Origin: a virus
Direction: 5' to 3' (one strand)
Virus record (IMG/VR): IMGVR_UViG_3300037466_003065
Location: 32,001-96,000 of that record
Length of the DNA: 64,000 bases
Both the position numbers and the translations under genes were made by a program. How positions within the stretch are numbered: position 1 is the stretch's first letter; the number at the start of each line of letters is the position of its first letter. The notes under the pieces were generated by a model, which was not told the origin of the DNA, did not search any database, and saw only the letters and a list, made by a program, of their open reading frames with translations. This document shows positions 45,873 to 54,624 of this stretch, piece by piece.

Positions 45873-46422
45873 GGCAAAGAAGGTTCTGTCCCGCGTCGAG
45901 AAGATGGTCAGCAAGGGCAAGGTCGTAGACCTCGGCTGCGGCCCCTTCAAGATCCACCCCAACGCGATCGGCGTCGACCCGGGCGGGTACGAGGGAATCG
46001 AGTCGCAGTCCTCGCTCGAGTACCTGAAGGCCCTGCCCGACAACAGCGTCGACGTGGTCTTCAGCTCGCACTACTTCGAGCACGAGCGGGAGATCGCCGA
46101 AGTCCTCGGCCACGTCACCCGCACCCTCAAGCCGGACGGCAAGCTAATCGCCTACCTGCCCAACCGCCTGGCTTACAAGGGCGCCGACGGGAACGACCCG
46201 AACGGCGACCACGTGAACCACTGGACGGCCGGCGAGTTCGCCGACCTGATCCTCGCGGTCACACCACTCGTCATCCTGTCCATCGAGAACCGCGTTGACG
46301 GCGTCCCGCCGAACCACGCGTTCACCGGCAACGGCGAGACCGAGCACCCCGACACCGGCAAGTGGGAGTACAGCTTCCTCGTCATCGCCCGCAAGCCCAA
46401 GCCCTCGGAGGTGGCGAAGTGA
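45862..46422 (+). CDS. Class I SAM-dependent methyltransferase (Methyltransf_11/23-like)
   Basis: ATG 45862. VVDLGCG, DVVFSSHYFEH, TLKPDGKLI. Confidence 0.85.
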   Translation: MANEAKKVLSRVEKMVSKGKVVDLGCGPFKIHPNAIGVDPGGYEGIESQSSLEYLKALPDNSVDVVFSSHYFEHEREIAEVLGHVTRTLKPDGKLIAYLPNRLAYKGADGNDPNGDHVNHWTAGEFADLILAVTPLVILSIENRVDGVPPNHAFTGNGETEHPDTGKWEYSFLVIARKPKPSEVAK

Positions 46423-46778
46423 TCTTCACCCTCCCCCTCTGGTTCCTCGCCTGCCACATGGTCGGCGACTACATCTTCCAGACCGACGACATGGCGGCCA
46501 AGAAGATGAGCTGCCCACAAGTGCGGACGAAGCACGTGATCTGGTACCTCGTCCCGTTCGCGATGACGGCGCCGCGGTTCATCTTCCTCCTGCACGGCCA
46601 CGGCCTCGACGCCTGGTACCGGTACCTCATGTTCCTGTTCACCCTCGGCCTGATGCACTGGATCACGGACATGCGGCGGTGGGCGTCCGGCGAGAAGTGG
46701 TGTGCGAAGCCCATCATGGTCGATCAGACCTTGCACGTGCTCCAGATCTCGCTCTGTACCTCCTGGTTCATCTGCTAA
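46419..46778 (+). CDS. DUF3307-like membrane protein
   Basis: GTG 46419. LACHMVGDYIFQTDDMAAKK...H...HWITD...DQTLHV. Confidence 0.75.
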   Translation: MIFTLPLWFLACHMVGDYIFQTDDMAAKKMSCPQVRTKHVIWYLVPFAMTAPRFIFLLHGHGLDAWYRYLMFLFTLGLMHWITDMRRWASGEKWCAKPIMVDQTLHVLQISLCTSWFIC

Positions 46779-46815
46779 CAGGTGCCGGACGGTGGCAAGC
46801 CGCCCGGAACCCATC

Positions 46816-49299
46816 ATGACCCACGACCCCGACCAACTGAACCGATTCTTGAAGTACAAGGTCATTAAAGGGTTCCGGGAAGCCGGCCTCCCGATGACCC
46901 AGCCCTACCTCGAGCGCATCGACTTCGAGCTGGGCATCATCAAGCAGATGGGCTTCGACCAATACTTCTTGATCGTGGCCGACCTGTGTCGGTTCATGCG
47001 GTCGAAGAAGATCAAGTTCCTCGTCCGCGGCTCGGGTTGCGGAAGCTGTGTCGTCTGGGGGCTTCGGATCTCGCACAAGTGGCTCGACCCGATCCAGTAC
47101 GGCCTCCCGTTCGAACGCTTCCTCAACCCGAGCCGGGTGACGATGCCCGACTTGGACATCGACATCCAGGACGACCGGCGGCACGAGGTCGTCACGTACA
47201 CGCTGGAGAAGTACGGCCGCGACCGGGTCGCCCGCATCATTACGTTCGGCACCATGGGCGCCAAGGTGGCGATCGCCGACACCTGCCGGGCCCTGCAGAT
47301 CGAGAACTACCAGGAGGTGGCGGCCAAGATCACCGCCCTGATCCCCGCCGGCAAGGGCGAGGACGGGAAAAACATCCGCATCGCCGACGAGCTGAAGCGG
47401 AACGAGGCACTGCGTGAGCAGCAGAAGCTGTACCCGCAGGTCTTCGAGATGGCCCAGAAGATCGAGGGCAAGGTGCGGCACGCGTCGATCCACGCGGCCG
47501 GCATCATCATCGCCCCCGACGTGATCACGAAGTACGCCCCGCTGTTCTTCAAGGGCAACCCGGACAACCGCTCCGAGGAGGACAACTTCCCCACGATCCA
47601 GTGGGACATGTACGACGCGGAAGAACGCGGCATGTTGAAGATGGACTTCCTCGGGCTCAAGACGCTCCGGGTCATCGACCAGACCGAGCGGCAGATCCGG
47701 GAGGTGCAGAAGGCCCGCGGCGAGGCGCCGACCTTCGACATCGACGAGATCGACCGGTACGACGACCCGGCCTGGCGGGTACTGGCGGCCGGGCAGACGG
47801 CCGGCGTGTTCCAGATCGAGCGGGGGTTCGTCCGCAACTTCGCCCGCCGCATGTCCCTGATGCGGAAAGACCCGTGGCAGCTCGCCATCCTGATCTCCAT
47901 CATCCGCCCCGGCATGATGGACACCGGCGCCACCGAGGAGTACCTCAAGCGTGCCTCCGGGAAGTCGGCCCCCACCCCGCTCGACGCCCTACTGGAGGAG
48001 ACCCTCAGGGGCAACTTCGGCCTGTTCGTGTTCCAGGAGGACTGCATGTGGGCGGCCGTGCGGATGGCCGGCCTCAGCCTGTCGAAGGCCGACGAGCTGC
48101 GTCGCGCGATCGGCAAGAAGAAGCCCAAGGACATGGCGGCGATCAAGCCCGAGTTCATCCAGGGCTGCATCAAGAACGGGGCGACGTTGGAGCGGGCCGA
48201 GTTCGTCTGGCAGAACATGGAGACGTTCGGCCGCTACGGGTTCAACAACGCCCACGCGGCGGCCTACGGGATGGTCGGCTCGTACCAGACGGCCTACCTC
48301 AAGGCCAACTGGCCCGTCCTGTACATGACGAACTTGATCAACTCCGAAGCCGGGGTGGGCAACAAGGACGACGGCTACAACTGCAAGGTCGCCGAGTACG
48401 TCGAGGAGTCCCGCATGATGGGCCTCAAGGTGCTCAAGCCGTGCGTCCTGAAGTCGCAGGCGATGTGCCACCCGGTGTGGCCCAACCAGATCCGCTTCGG
48501 CCTGTCGCTGGTCAAGAAGGTCAGCTCGGGCGCCGTCGCCTGGGTGGGCCAGAAGTGCCGAGACGCCGTGAGCCTGAAGGACTTCATGCTCAAGTCCCTG
48601 TCGATCGAGCTGAACGAACGAAACGAGGAGAGACCCCATGTCATGGTTGGGAAGGGAGACTTGGAAGGACTGGCCCTCTCCGGCGCTCTGGACGTGTTTG
48701 AGGGTAACCGCAGCCGCATCCTCGCGATGCTTCCGACTCTACAGGAGCTTGCGAAGGGGTTTCATGAACAGTCTTGCAAGGTTCGGGCCGGCAAAGGCGC
48801 TCGCATGCGCAAGACGCCGGAGGCGGTTATGCAGACGCTGGAGGCGTACCGGATCGAGGACGACGACATTCCGAACGAGATGACCCTCGAGCGCCAGCTC
48901 GAGCGTGAGCGGGAGGTGACCGGCTGCTACCTCTCCGACTCCCCGTTCACCCCGTACAAGTCGGCGATCGACCAATGGGTCACCTGCACGGTTGGCGAGA
49001 TTCTACAGGGGCACGCCGAACAGCCGATGATCTTCGTGGCCGTCCTGACCAAGTTCCGCGAGATTGTGGTCAAGAACGGCAAGAACGCCGGCCAGACCAT
49101 GGCCATCATGCAGTGGGGCGGCGTCGACGGCGACGTCGAGACCGCTGCTTTCAGCCGCCAGTGGGCCGACATCAAGGCCAAGCCGGGCGGCGTCGAGAAG
49201 GGCAAGGTCTACTTGGTTATGGTGACGCCGGATCGTGACGGCGTGCGGGTGAACATCAAGGATATTTTGAGGTTGAGCAACTGCGGCTACGCCGACTGA
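46816..49299 (+). CDS. dnaE: DNA polymerase III alpha, C-terminal catalytic part (palm/thumb/fingers/HhH/OB)
   Basis: ATG 46816. YLERIDFELGIIKQMGFDQYFLIVAD, VRGSGCGS, FERFLNPSRVTMPDLDIDI, HASIHAAG, LKMDFLGLKTL, YGFNNAHAAAY, EREVTGCYLSDSP. Confidence 0.95.
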   Translation: MTHDPDQLNRFLKYKVIKGFREAGLPMTQPYLERIDFELGIIKQMGFDQYFLIVADLCRFMRSKKIKFLVRGSGCGSCVVWGLRISHKWLDPIQYGLPFERFLNPSRVTMPDLDIDIQDDRRHEVVTYTLEKYGRDRVARIITFGTMGAKVAIADTCRALQIENYQEVAAKITALIPAGKGEDGKNIRIADELKRNEALREQQKLYPQVFEMAQKIEGKVRHASIHAAGIIIAPDVITKYAPLFFKGNPDNRSEEDNFPTIQWDMYDAEERGMLKMDFLGLKTLRVIDQTERQIREVQKARGEAPTFDIDEIDRYDDPAWRVLAAGQTAGVFQIERGFVRNFARRMSLMRKDPWQLAILISIIRPGMMDTGATEEYLKRASGKSAPTPLDALLEETLRGNFGLFVFQEDCMWAAVRMAGLSLSKADELRRAIGKKKPKDMAAIKPEFIQGCIKNGATLERAEFVWQNMETFGRYGFNNAHAAAYGMVGSYQTAYLKANWPVLYMTNLINSEAGVGNKDDGYNCKVAEYVEESRMMGLKVLKPCVLKSQAMCHPVWPNQIRFGLSLVKKVSSGAVAWVGQKCRDAVSLKDFMLKSLSIELNERNEERPHVMVGKGDLEGLALSGALDVFEGNRSRILAMLPTLQELAKGFHEQSCKVRAGKGARMRKTPEAVMQTLEAYRIEDDDIPNEMTLERQLEREREVTGCYLSDSPFTPYKSAIDQWVTCTVGEILQGHAEQPMIFVAVLTKFREIVVKNGKNAGQTMAIMQWGGVDGDVETAAFSRQWADIKAKPGGVEKGKVYLVMVTPDRDGVRVNIKDILRLSNCGYAD

Positions 49300-49308
49300 G
49301 GACAAACA

Positions 49309-49839
49309 ATGAGATACGAGTTCCAGTGCAACGATTGTCAAGGCCCCCGCCCCGAGGGCGCCCCGAAGACCGGGGCCATCAACGTGGCCCACGAGCGGGA
49401 CTTCCCGATCGGCAAGGCCCCCAAGCTGGGCGCCAAGGTGAAGTGCCCGAACTGCAGGAAGAAGTCGGCCGCCCGCATTGTCTCCGAGGGCATCCAGGGC
49501 ATCGTCCGCGGCAAGGCCGTGGTCGACTGGCGGCACGGCCAATCCGTGATCGAGCGTCTGCCGGACGGGCAGGAGGTCAAGATGACCTTCGTCGATCACC
49601 CGCACACCTCGACGGAGTACCAGCGTAACCTCGCCCACCTCGCCAAGAAGGAGGAGATCACGGCGCCGAACGTGTCGGCCCTCTCCAAGGCGTACTACTC
49701 CGAGAAGCACGACCGCCTGGTCGTCGACGTCCACTCCAACGTCAAGGATCCGCTGGGCACGATCGAGCGGAACAAGAAGAACATCAGCGTGACCAAGCGG
49801 CACGTCGGCCAGAAGGTCAAGATCCGGGGGCAGAAGTAA
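49309..49839 (+). CDS. FmdB-like zinc-ribbon protein
   Basis: MRYEFQCNDC...KCPNC. Confidence 0.7.
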   Translation: MRYEFQCNDCQGPRPEGAPKTGAINVAHERDFPIGKAPKLGAKVKCPNCRKKSAARIVSEGIQGIVRGKAVVDWRHGQSVIERLPDGQEVKMTFVDHPHTSTEYQRNLAHLAKKEEITAPNVSALSKAYYSEKHDRLVVDVHSNVKDPLGTIERNKKNISVTKRHVGQKVKIRGQK

Positions 49840-50333
49840 TGGGAGTCCCACCGTCCCCCCCGGCCGCCCCGAAGCCGAAGGTCGTCGTACCGGGCATCGG
49901 CTCTCCGCTCCCGCAGCCCCCACAGGGCGGCGAGCGGGTCATGCAGCAGCGGAGGATCCCGGTCACCACGGGCATCGGCATGCCGGTGCCCGAGGAGCAC
50001 AGGCCGGAGAACGCCGCCAGCCACCTGCTCAACTCGGTCTACCAGGACGAGGTGGGGCGGATGCTGCTGGCCCCCGAGGTGATGGCCCAGCTCCCGCAGT
50101 GGGCCGCCTACATCATCAACCAGAACCGCACGCTCACGATCGAGCTGCAGGTGCTGACCAGCCTCCTGATGAAGCGGGGCCTGATCACCCAGGTCGAGCT
50201 CACCCAGTTCCACCAGCAGGTCATGAAGGCCCACGACGAGCACTTCGCCAAGATGGTCGCCCAGCTTGGGCGGCAGTTCGGCCCCAAGCCGCCGCCCGCC
50301 CAGGAACCCGCCCCCGACCCCCGGAGACTCTGA
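49839..50333 (+). CDS. Hypothetical protein (164 aa)
   Basis: TAATG coupling, operon context. Confidence 0.65.
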   Translation: MGVPPSPPAAPKPKVVVPGIGSPLPQPPQGGERVMQQRRIPVTTGIGMPVPEEHRPENAASHLLNSVYQDEVGRMLLAPEVMAQLPQWAAYIINQNRTLTIELQVLTSLLMKRGLITQVELTQFHQQVMKAHDEHFAKMVAQLGRQFGPKPPPAQEPAPDPRRL

Positions 50334-50334
50334 G

Positions 50335-51018
50335 ATGATCCCCGAGCATTGCCCGGTCTGCGACGCCCCCATCGAGCAGCACAAGTGGGACTGGGACGCC
50401 CAGCAGACGTTCGAGGGGACGTGGCTCACCAAGTTCCGCAACGGGACGACGAGCTGCGCCCGGTGCGGCCGGAAGCTGCGGGCCGTCGAGCCCGACGACG
50501 CCACGCCGCCGGTCATCGAGGCCGACCAAGTCATGGTCGCCGGTCGCGACTACGACATGCTCTTCCAGAGCTACCGGGCCAAGCGGTTCGGCCTGCTGCC
50601 GATGCACGTCTTCTGGTGGTGGAGTCCGCTGAAGCACGACATCGCGTTCAACACCCTGATCGCCAACCAGATCAACGCCTTCGCGCACACCCGCAACCGG
50701 TCGACGGTCATGGGGGTGATCGTCGTCCAGCCGGGCGTCGAGGTGCCGGGCACGTTGATGGAGGGAAAGATCGACGGGATCTACAGGATCAGGTCGCACA
50801 TGCTCAGTGACGCCCGCGGCCCCTACCCCAGCCTCAAGGCCGAGGACGGGATCCGCGCAACGTTCACGAACCACCTGCAGCACATCTACCACTACTGGCC
50901 GTCGTTCACGCTCCCGCCGAATGACTTCAGAAACCTCGGCGACACGGTCGATCTAGTTCGCCTGTGGACGCGGTACTCCCGCTACAACATCCCCGTGACC
51001 GTCAGAAGGACAGCATGA
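50335..51018 (+). CDS. Hypothetical protein with N-terminal Zn finger
   Basis: ATG 50335. CPVC...CARC. Confidence 0.65.
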   Translation: MIPEHCPVCDAPIEQHKWDWDAQQTFEGTWLTKFRNGTTSCARCGRKLRAVEPDDATPPVIEADQVMVAGRDYDMLFQSYRAKRFGLLPMHVFWWWSPLKHDIAFNTLIANQINAFAHTRNRSTVMGVIVVQPGVEVPGTLMEGKIDGIYRIRSHMLSDARGPYPSLKAEDGIRATFTNHLQHIYHYWPSFTLPPNDFRNLGDTVDLVRLWTRYSRYNIPVTVRRTA

Positions 51019-51722
51019 ACAACCAGAACATGACCGCCGGCTTCCATCCCGCCGTTCGCCAGCTCCTCGAGAAGCCCTTCGAGGCGAACCAGCTCAAGCA
51101 GATCCCGTCCAAATGGGACAGGACGAAGATGCTGACGTACGTCATGCCGGAGCCCGTGATCCGCCGCCTGAACGACGCGTTCAACTCGGCGTGGAGCTTC
51201 GAGATCAAGCACGACTCCGTCACGTGGAACACGGTGGCCGGAAAGGTCACCGTCGTCGTCCGCATCCTCGCCCAGCACTTCGTGCCGGATCCGAACGGCA
51301 ATTTCCACCTGGTCACCACGTTCAAGGACGGGATCGGCGAGGCCGACCTGAAGCCCGCTGACGGCGGCGGGTACATCGACGTGGGCCTCGACCTGAAGAG
51401 CGCCGTCACGGACGGCCTGAAGCTGGCGTGCAAGCTGTTCGGGGTCGCCCTCGACCTGTATGAGCGGAAGGACGAGGGAATGGTCGCCGGAAACGACGGC
51501 GCCAAGGCCCAGCAGTTCCAAATCGAAAAGATCGACCGCTACTTCGGCTCCTGCGGGATCGGCCAGGCCCAGTGGCTCGGGAGGTACAACCTCCAACGGC
51601 CCGAGGACATGCCCCTCGAACTGGCCAACTCGCTGCTGAACGGCACCCACCCCGACGTCGTCATGCTCGCCCAGAACACGGGCAAGACGATCACGGGCGG
51701 GATCCGCGCCTCGAACGCCTAA
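51015..51722 (+). CDS. Rad52/Rad22-family (Sak-like) single-strand annealing protein
   Basis: ATG 51015. LEKPF...LTYV...VIRRLNDAF..AWSFEI...KDGIGEA...KSAVTDGLKLACKLFGVALDLY. Confidence 0.82.
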   Translation: MNNQNMTAGFHPAVRQLLEKPFEANQLKQIPSKWDRTKMLTYVMPEPVIRRLNDAFNSAWSFEIKHDSVTWNTVAGKVTVVVRILAQHFVPDPNGNFHLVTTFKDGIGEADLKPADGGGYIDVGLDLKSAVTDGLKLACKLFGVALDLYERKDEGMVAGNDGAKAQQFQIEKIDRYFGSCGIGQAQWLGRYNLQRPEDMPLELANSLLNGTHPDVVMLAQNTGKTITGGIRASNA

Positions 51723-51800
51723 CCCATCAAGGCCCACCGCCGAGCTAGTCGATAGACCCAGAACAAGGTCACCGCTCTCGGTGCGTGAAAGGCCAATAAT

Positions 51801-53270
51801 ATGCCATTGATTAACCCGCCCGCCCCGGTCAGCTCTGTGGCCGGCAAGCAGGGCGACGTATCCCTCGAGGTCAGCGACGTCAACTCGCTGGGCTTTACGC
51901 TCAGCAGCAAGGTTGGCCTTTCGATGATCAACGCCCCCAACGGGGTGATGGGGCTGGACGCGGACGGCAATGCTGTCGGCACGTGGCAGGTGCGACAAGG
52001 CACGAGCGCCCAACTGGCCGGCACCGTTGCCGAGCCCGGCGAGCCCGTGCTGAACACCGACACGGGCGTCCTGTACGTCGGCTGGAACAACCTGTCGCCC
52101 GGCATCGCCGTGGGCAGGCCCGTTACCAAAACGGTTCCCGTTGACACTACTGTCGCCAGTGCCCTGAACGTTGACGCCACCGGCTATGACGTCGTGCGGC
52201 TGACGTGCTCGAATGTCGACGTCAGCCGCGCCCGGGGATTCTCGCTCGCCGCCGGCACCGCTGTCGGCCAGCGGGTGCGGGTGGAGTGGGACTTCACGGC
52301 GAAGTGGGTGACCGCCCCGGCCGGCGCCCAGCTCACGCTCACGTTCACCGACGTCCTGAGCAACGCCGTGAAGATGACCAGCGGCTTCGACGACTCGGGC
52401 AGCGGGTACGGGATGGCCGGGTCGATGGAGGTGGTGTGGGCGGACCTCGGCGCGGGCTTCGTCGGGTGGCTGATCGAGGCGTACCGGCCGGGCGTGGGCG
52501 TGAGCCAGACCAGTACCTTCCCCTACGGGCTGAACGTGGGGAGCAACTCCGTGGGCGCCGTGCCCACGGCCAGCGGCGGGATCGTCCCGTGCGGCGCCGT
52601 CGGCCTCAGCAACATCGTCAGCGGCGCCGGCTCGTTCGCGGTCGGCAGCTCCAACACGCTCCAGGCGGGCAACATGCTCGCCATCGGCCAGGGCAACGGG
52701 CAGACCGGCACGTCGAACATGTCCTACTCGCTGCTGCTCGGCCAGAACAACCGCGCCGGGAACGTCAGCAGCCTTGTGATGGGCAACCGGGCCAAGGGTG
52801 GGCTGCCGTATGGCTATTACCAGGCCAGCGAGTCGGCGGGGGCGAGCAGCAGCTATGGTACCACCCAGTACGAGCGGCACGTGCCCTGCGGCCAGACCAC
52901 GGACGCGACGCCCAAAGACCTGAAGATCGGCAACAACAACACCATCGGCGACTTCGTGCGACTGATCGGCGCCGGGGCGGCGGGGGCGTACGACATCAGT
53001 GTGGTGGGGTGGTCGCACACCCTTCAGGAATCGTTCGCCATCTGGTTCCGTGCCCTGATCCAGCGGGACACGTCCAACAACACGACGATCGTCGGCTCGA
53101 CCGAGATCGCCCGCATCTCGGGCACGAACATGACCGGATGCAACGTGGGGTTGTCCATGTCGGCCGCCAACAGCGGCCACCTGGCCATCACGGTGACGGG
53201 ACTCGCCGCCAACACGATTACGTGGACGGCCGCCGCCAAGGCGGTCGTTAGCCAACAGGTGACGCGATGA
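51801..53270 (+). CDS. Tail fibre / receptor-binding-like protein
   Basis: VSSVAGKQGDVSL and RQGTSAQL...GEPVLNTDTGVLYVG motifs typical of tail fibres; Gly/Asn/Ser-rich beta-helix-like centre. Confidence 0.7.
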   Translation: MPLINPPAPVSSVAGKQGDVSLEVSDVNSLGFTLSSKVGLSMINAPNGVMGLDADGNAVGTWQVRQGTSAQLAGTVAEPGEPVLNTDTGVLYVGWNNLSPGIAVGRPVTKTVPVDTTVASALNVDATGYDVVRLTCSNVDVSRARGFSLAAGTAVGQRVRVEWDFTAKWVTAPAGAQLTLTFTDVLSNAVKMTSGFDDSGSGYGMAGSMEVVWADLGAGFVGWLIEAYRPGVGVSQTSTFPYGLNVGSNSVGAVPTASGGIVPCGAVGLSNIVSGAGSFAVGSSNTLQAGNMLAIGQGNGQTGTSNMSYSLLLGQNNRAGNVSSLVMGNRAKGGLPYGYYQASESAGASSSYGTTQYERHVPCGQTTDATPKDLKIGNNNTIGDFVRLIGAGAAGAYDISVVGWSHTLQESFAIWFRALIQRDTSNNTTIVGSTEIARISGTNMTGCNVGLSMSAANSGHLAITVTGLAANTITWTAAAKAVVSQQVTR

Positions 53271-54586
53271 TCTTCAGCATGAGCGGCGGCACGCGGAAGT
53301 TCCGCAGTTGGGCTCCCACCGAGGTGGGGTTCACCATGACGGCCACGCCGCGACAAGTGGTGATCTCCTCGTCCTCCAACAGTGTTACCCAGGTGCGGGA
53401 CGCCGACATCCAGACCGACGTCTCGGCGACGGTGGACAACGAGTACGACATCGGCATCGACGAGACGGTGCCGAACAGCATCGCGTACGCGGAGTTCACC
53501 AACCTCACGCCGGACATCGTCACGCTGACCGGCGGCAAGCTGACCCGCCTCGCTGACGGCACGGCGAGCATCCTCTACGGCAGCCCCAAGCTGCGCAAGC
53601 GACTCGACCTGGCCATCAGTCGCACCGGCGGGGGCACGGTCACCTCGTTCATCGGGTACGTCGCCGGCTGGCTGGCGAAGTCGATGACGGACGCGGTGGA
53701 CTTGAAGCTGGCCGGGGTTGCCCCCGCGAACGTCACGAGCAGCATGTCGCTGTTCAGCACCGCCGACCACGCCAACGGCAACTACGTGTGGAATCCCAAC
53801 CGCTGGTGCCTCGGGTTGGACTACACGTGCCGCGCGGTCTGGAACTCGTGGGCCTGGGCGAACGTCGTCGCCGGCTCGCCCGGGGCGCTTGCCCCCCAGA
53901 TGGCCGGCACCATGGTCACCCCGCAACACGTGTTGTTCTCTGCCCATTACAATCCCCTCGGCACGATGAACCCCCTGACCATCCGGTTCGTCGACCACAA
54001 CAACGTGTGCTACACGCGGCGGATCCTGGGCGGCGCCCGAATGGGTGACCCCTTTTCGCAAGGGTTCAACTACGACGTCGCCCTCGGGGTCTTGGACACA
54101 CCGCTGCCCGCATCGATCAAGCCCGCCAAGATGATGCCCACGAACGGGTTCGTGCGGCAGTTGCCCAGCTTTTCCTACTCGGGCCCAAACCCCATCGCCG
54201 GCTGGACGAACGTGCCCTCGGTGCGATTCGTGCCCGTGGTGAAGCACAACCAGTTTCTCCAGGCGTCCGTGGGGGATTGGGGTTATCACGACTGCACGAA
54301 CTTCAGCAACACGTTCTTCTCCTATCCCAGCAGCACCCTTCGGGCGGCGTTCTACCTCAACATCATCAACGGGGACTCCAGCTCTCCGGCGTTCGTGCAC
54401 CCGAACGGCGACACGGTGCTGGTGACCACCTGGTCGACGGGCGGTAACGGCGCCGGCCCCAACTACTCCTCCAACGACCAGAAGGCTTGGATCAATTCCA
54501 CCATCCCCGCCATCGACGCGAGTGCGGGGCTGAACACGGGCTATCAGGTGCAGACCTACAACCTGTCCGGCTGGCCCACATTCTAA
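53267..54586 (+). CDS. Trypsin-like (S1) serine peptidase with Ig-like N-terminal region
   Basis: GTMVTPQHVLFSAHY (H), YDVALGVL (D), INGDSSSPAF (S). Confidence 0.75.
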   Translation: MIFSMSGGTRKFRSWAPTEVGFTMTATPRQVVISSSSNSVTQVRDADIQTDVSATVDNEYDIGIDETVPNSIAYAEFTNLTPDIVTLTGGKLTRLADGTASILYGSPKLRKRLDLAISRTGGGTVTSFIGYVAGWLAKSMTDAVDLKLAGVAPANVTSSMSLFSTADHANGNYVWNPNRWCLGLDYTCRAVWNSWAWANVVAGSPGALAPQMAGTMVTPQHVLFSAHYNPLGTMNPLTIRFVDHNNVCYTRRILGGARMGDPFSQGFNYDVALGVLDTPLPASIKPAKMMPTNGFVRQLPSFSYSGPNPIAGWTNVPSVRFVPVVKHNQFLQASVGDWGYHDCTNFSNTFFSYPSSTLRAAFYLNIINGDSSSPAFVHPNGDTVLVTTWSTGGNGAGPNYSSNDQKAWINSTIPAIDASAGLNTGYQVQTYNLSGWPTF

Positions 54587-54624
54587 TCACCCGCCCCCGA
54601 AGGGGCACTTCTCAAGGAGGCACT

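Noticed and set aside
43990-46900. Split intein or group I intron joining the dnaE halves
   Set aside because: No intein N-terminal Cys/Ser block or C-terminal HN-C/S/T at the ends; the gap is filled with ordinary coupled genes and has no intron-like structure.
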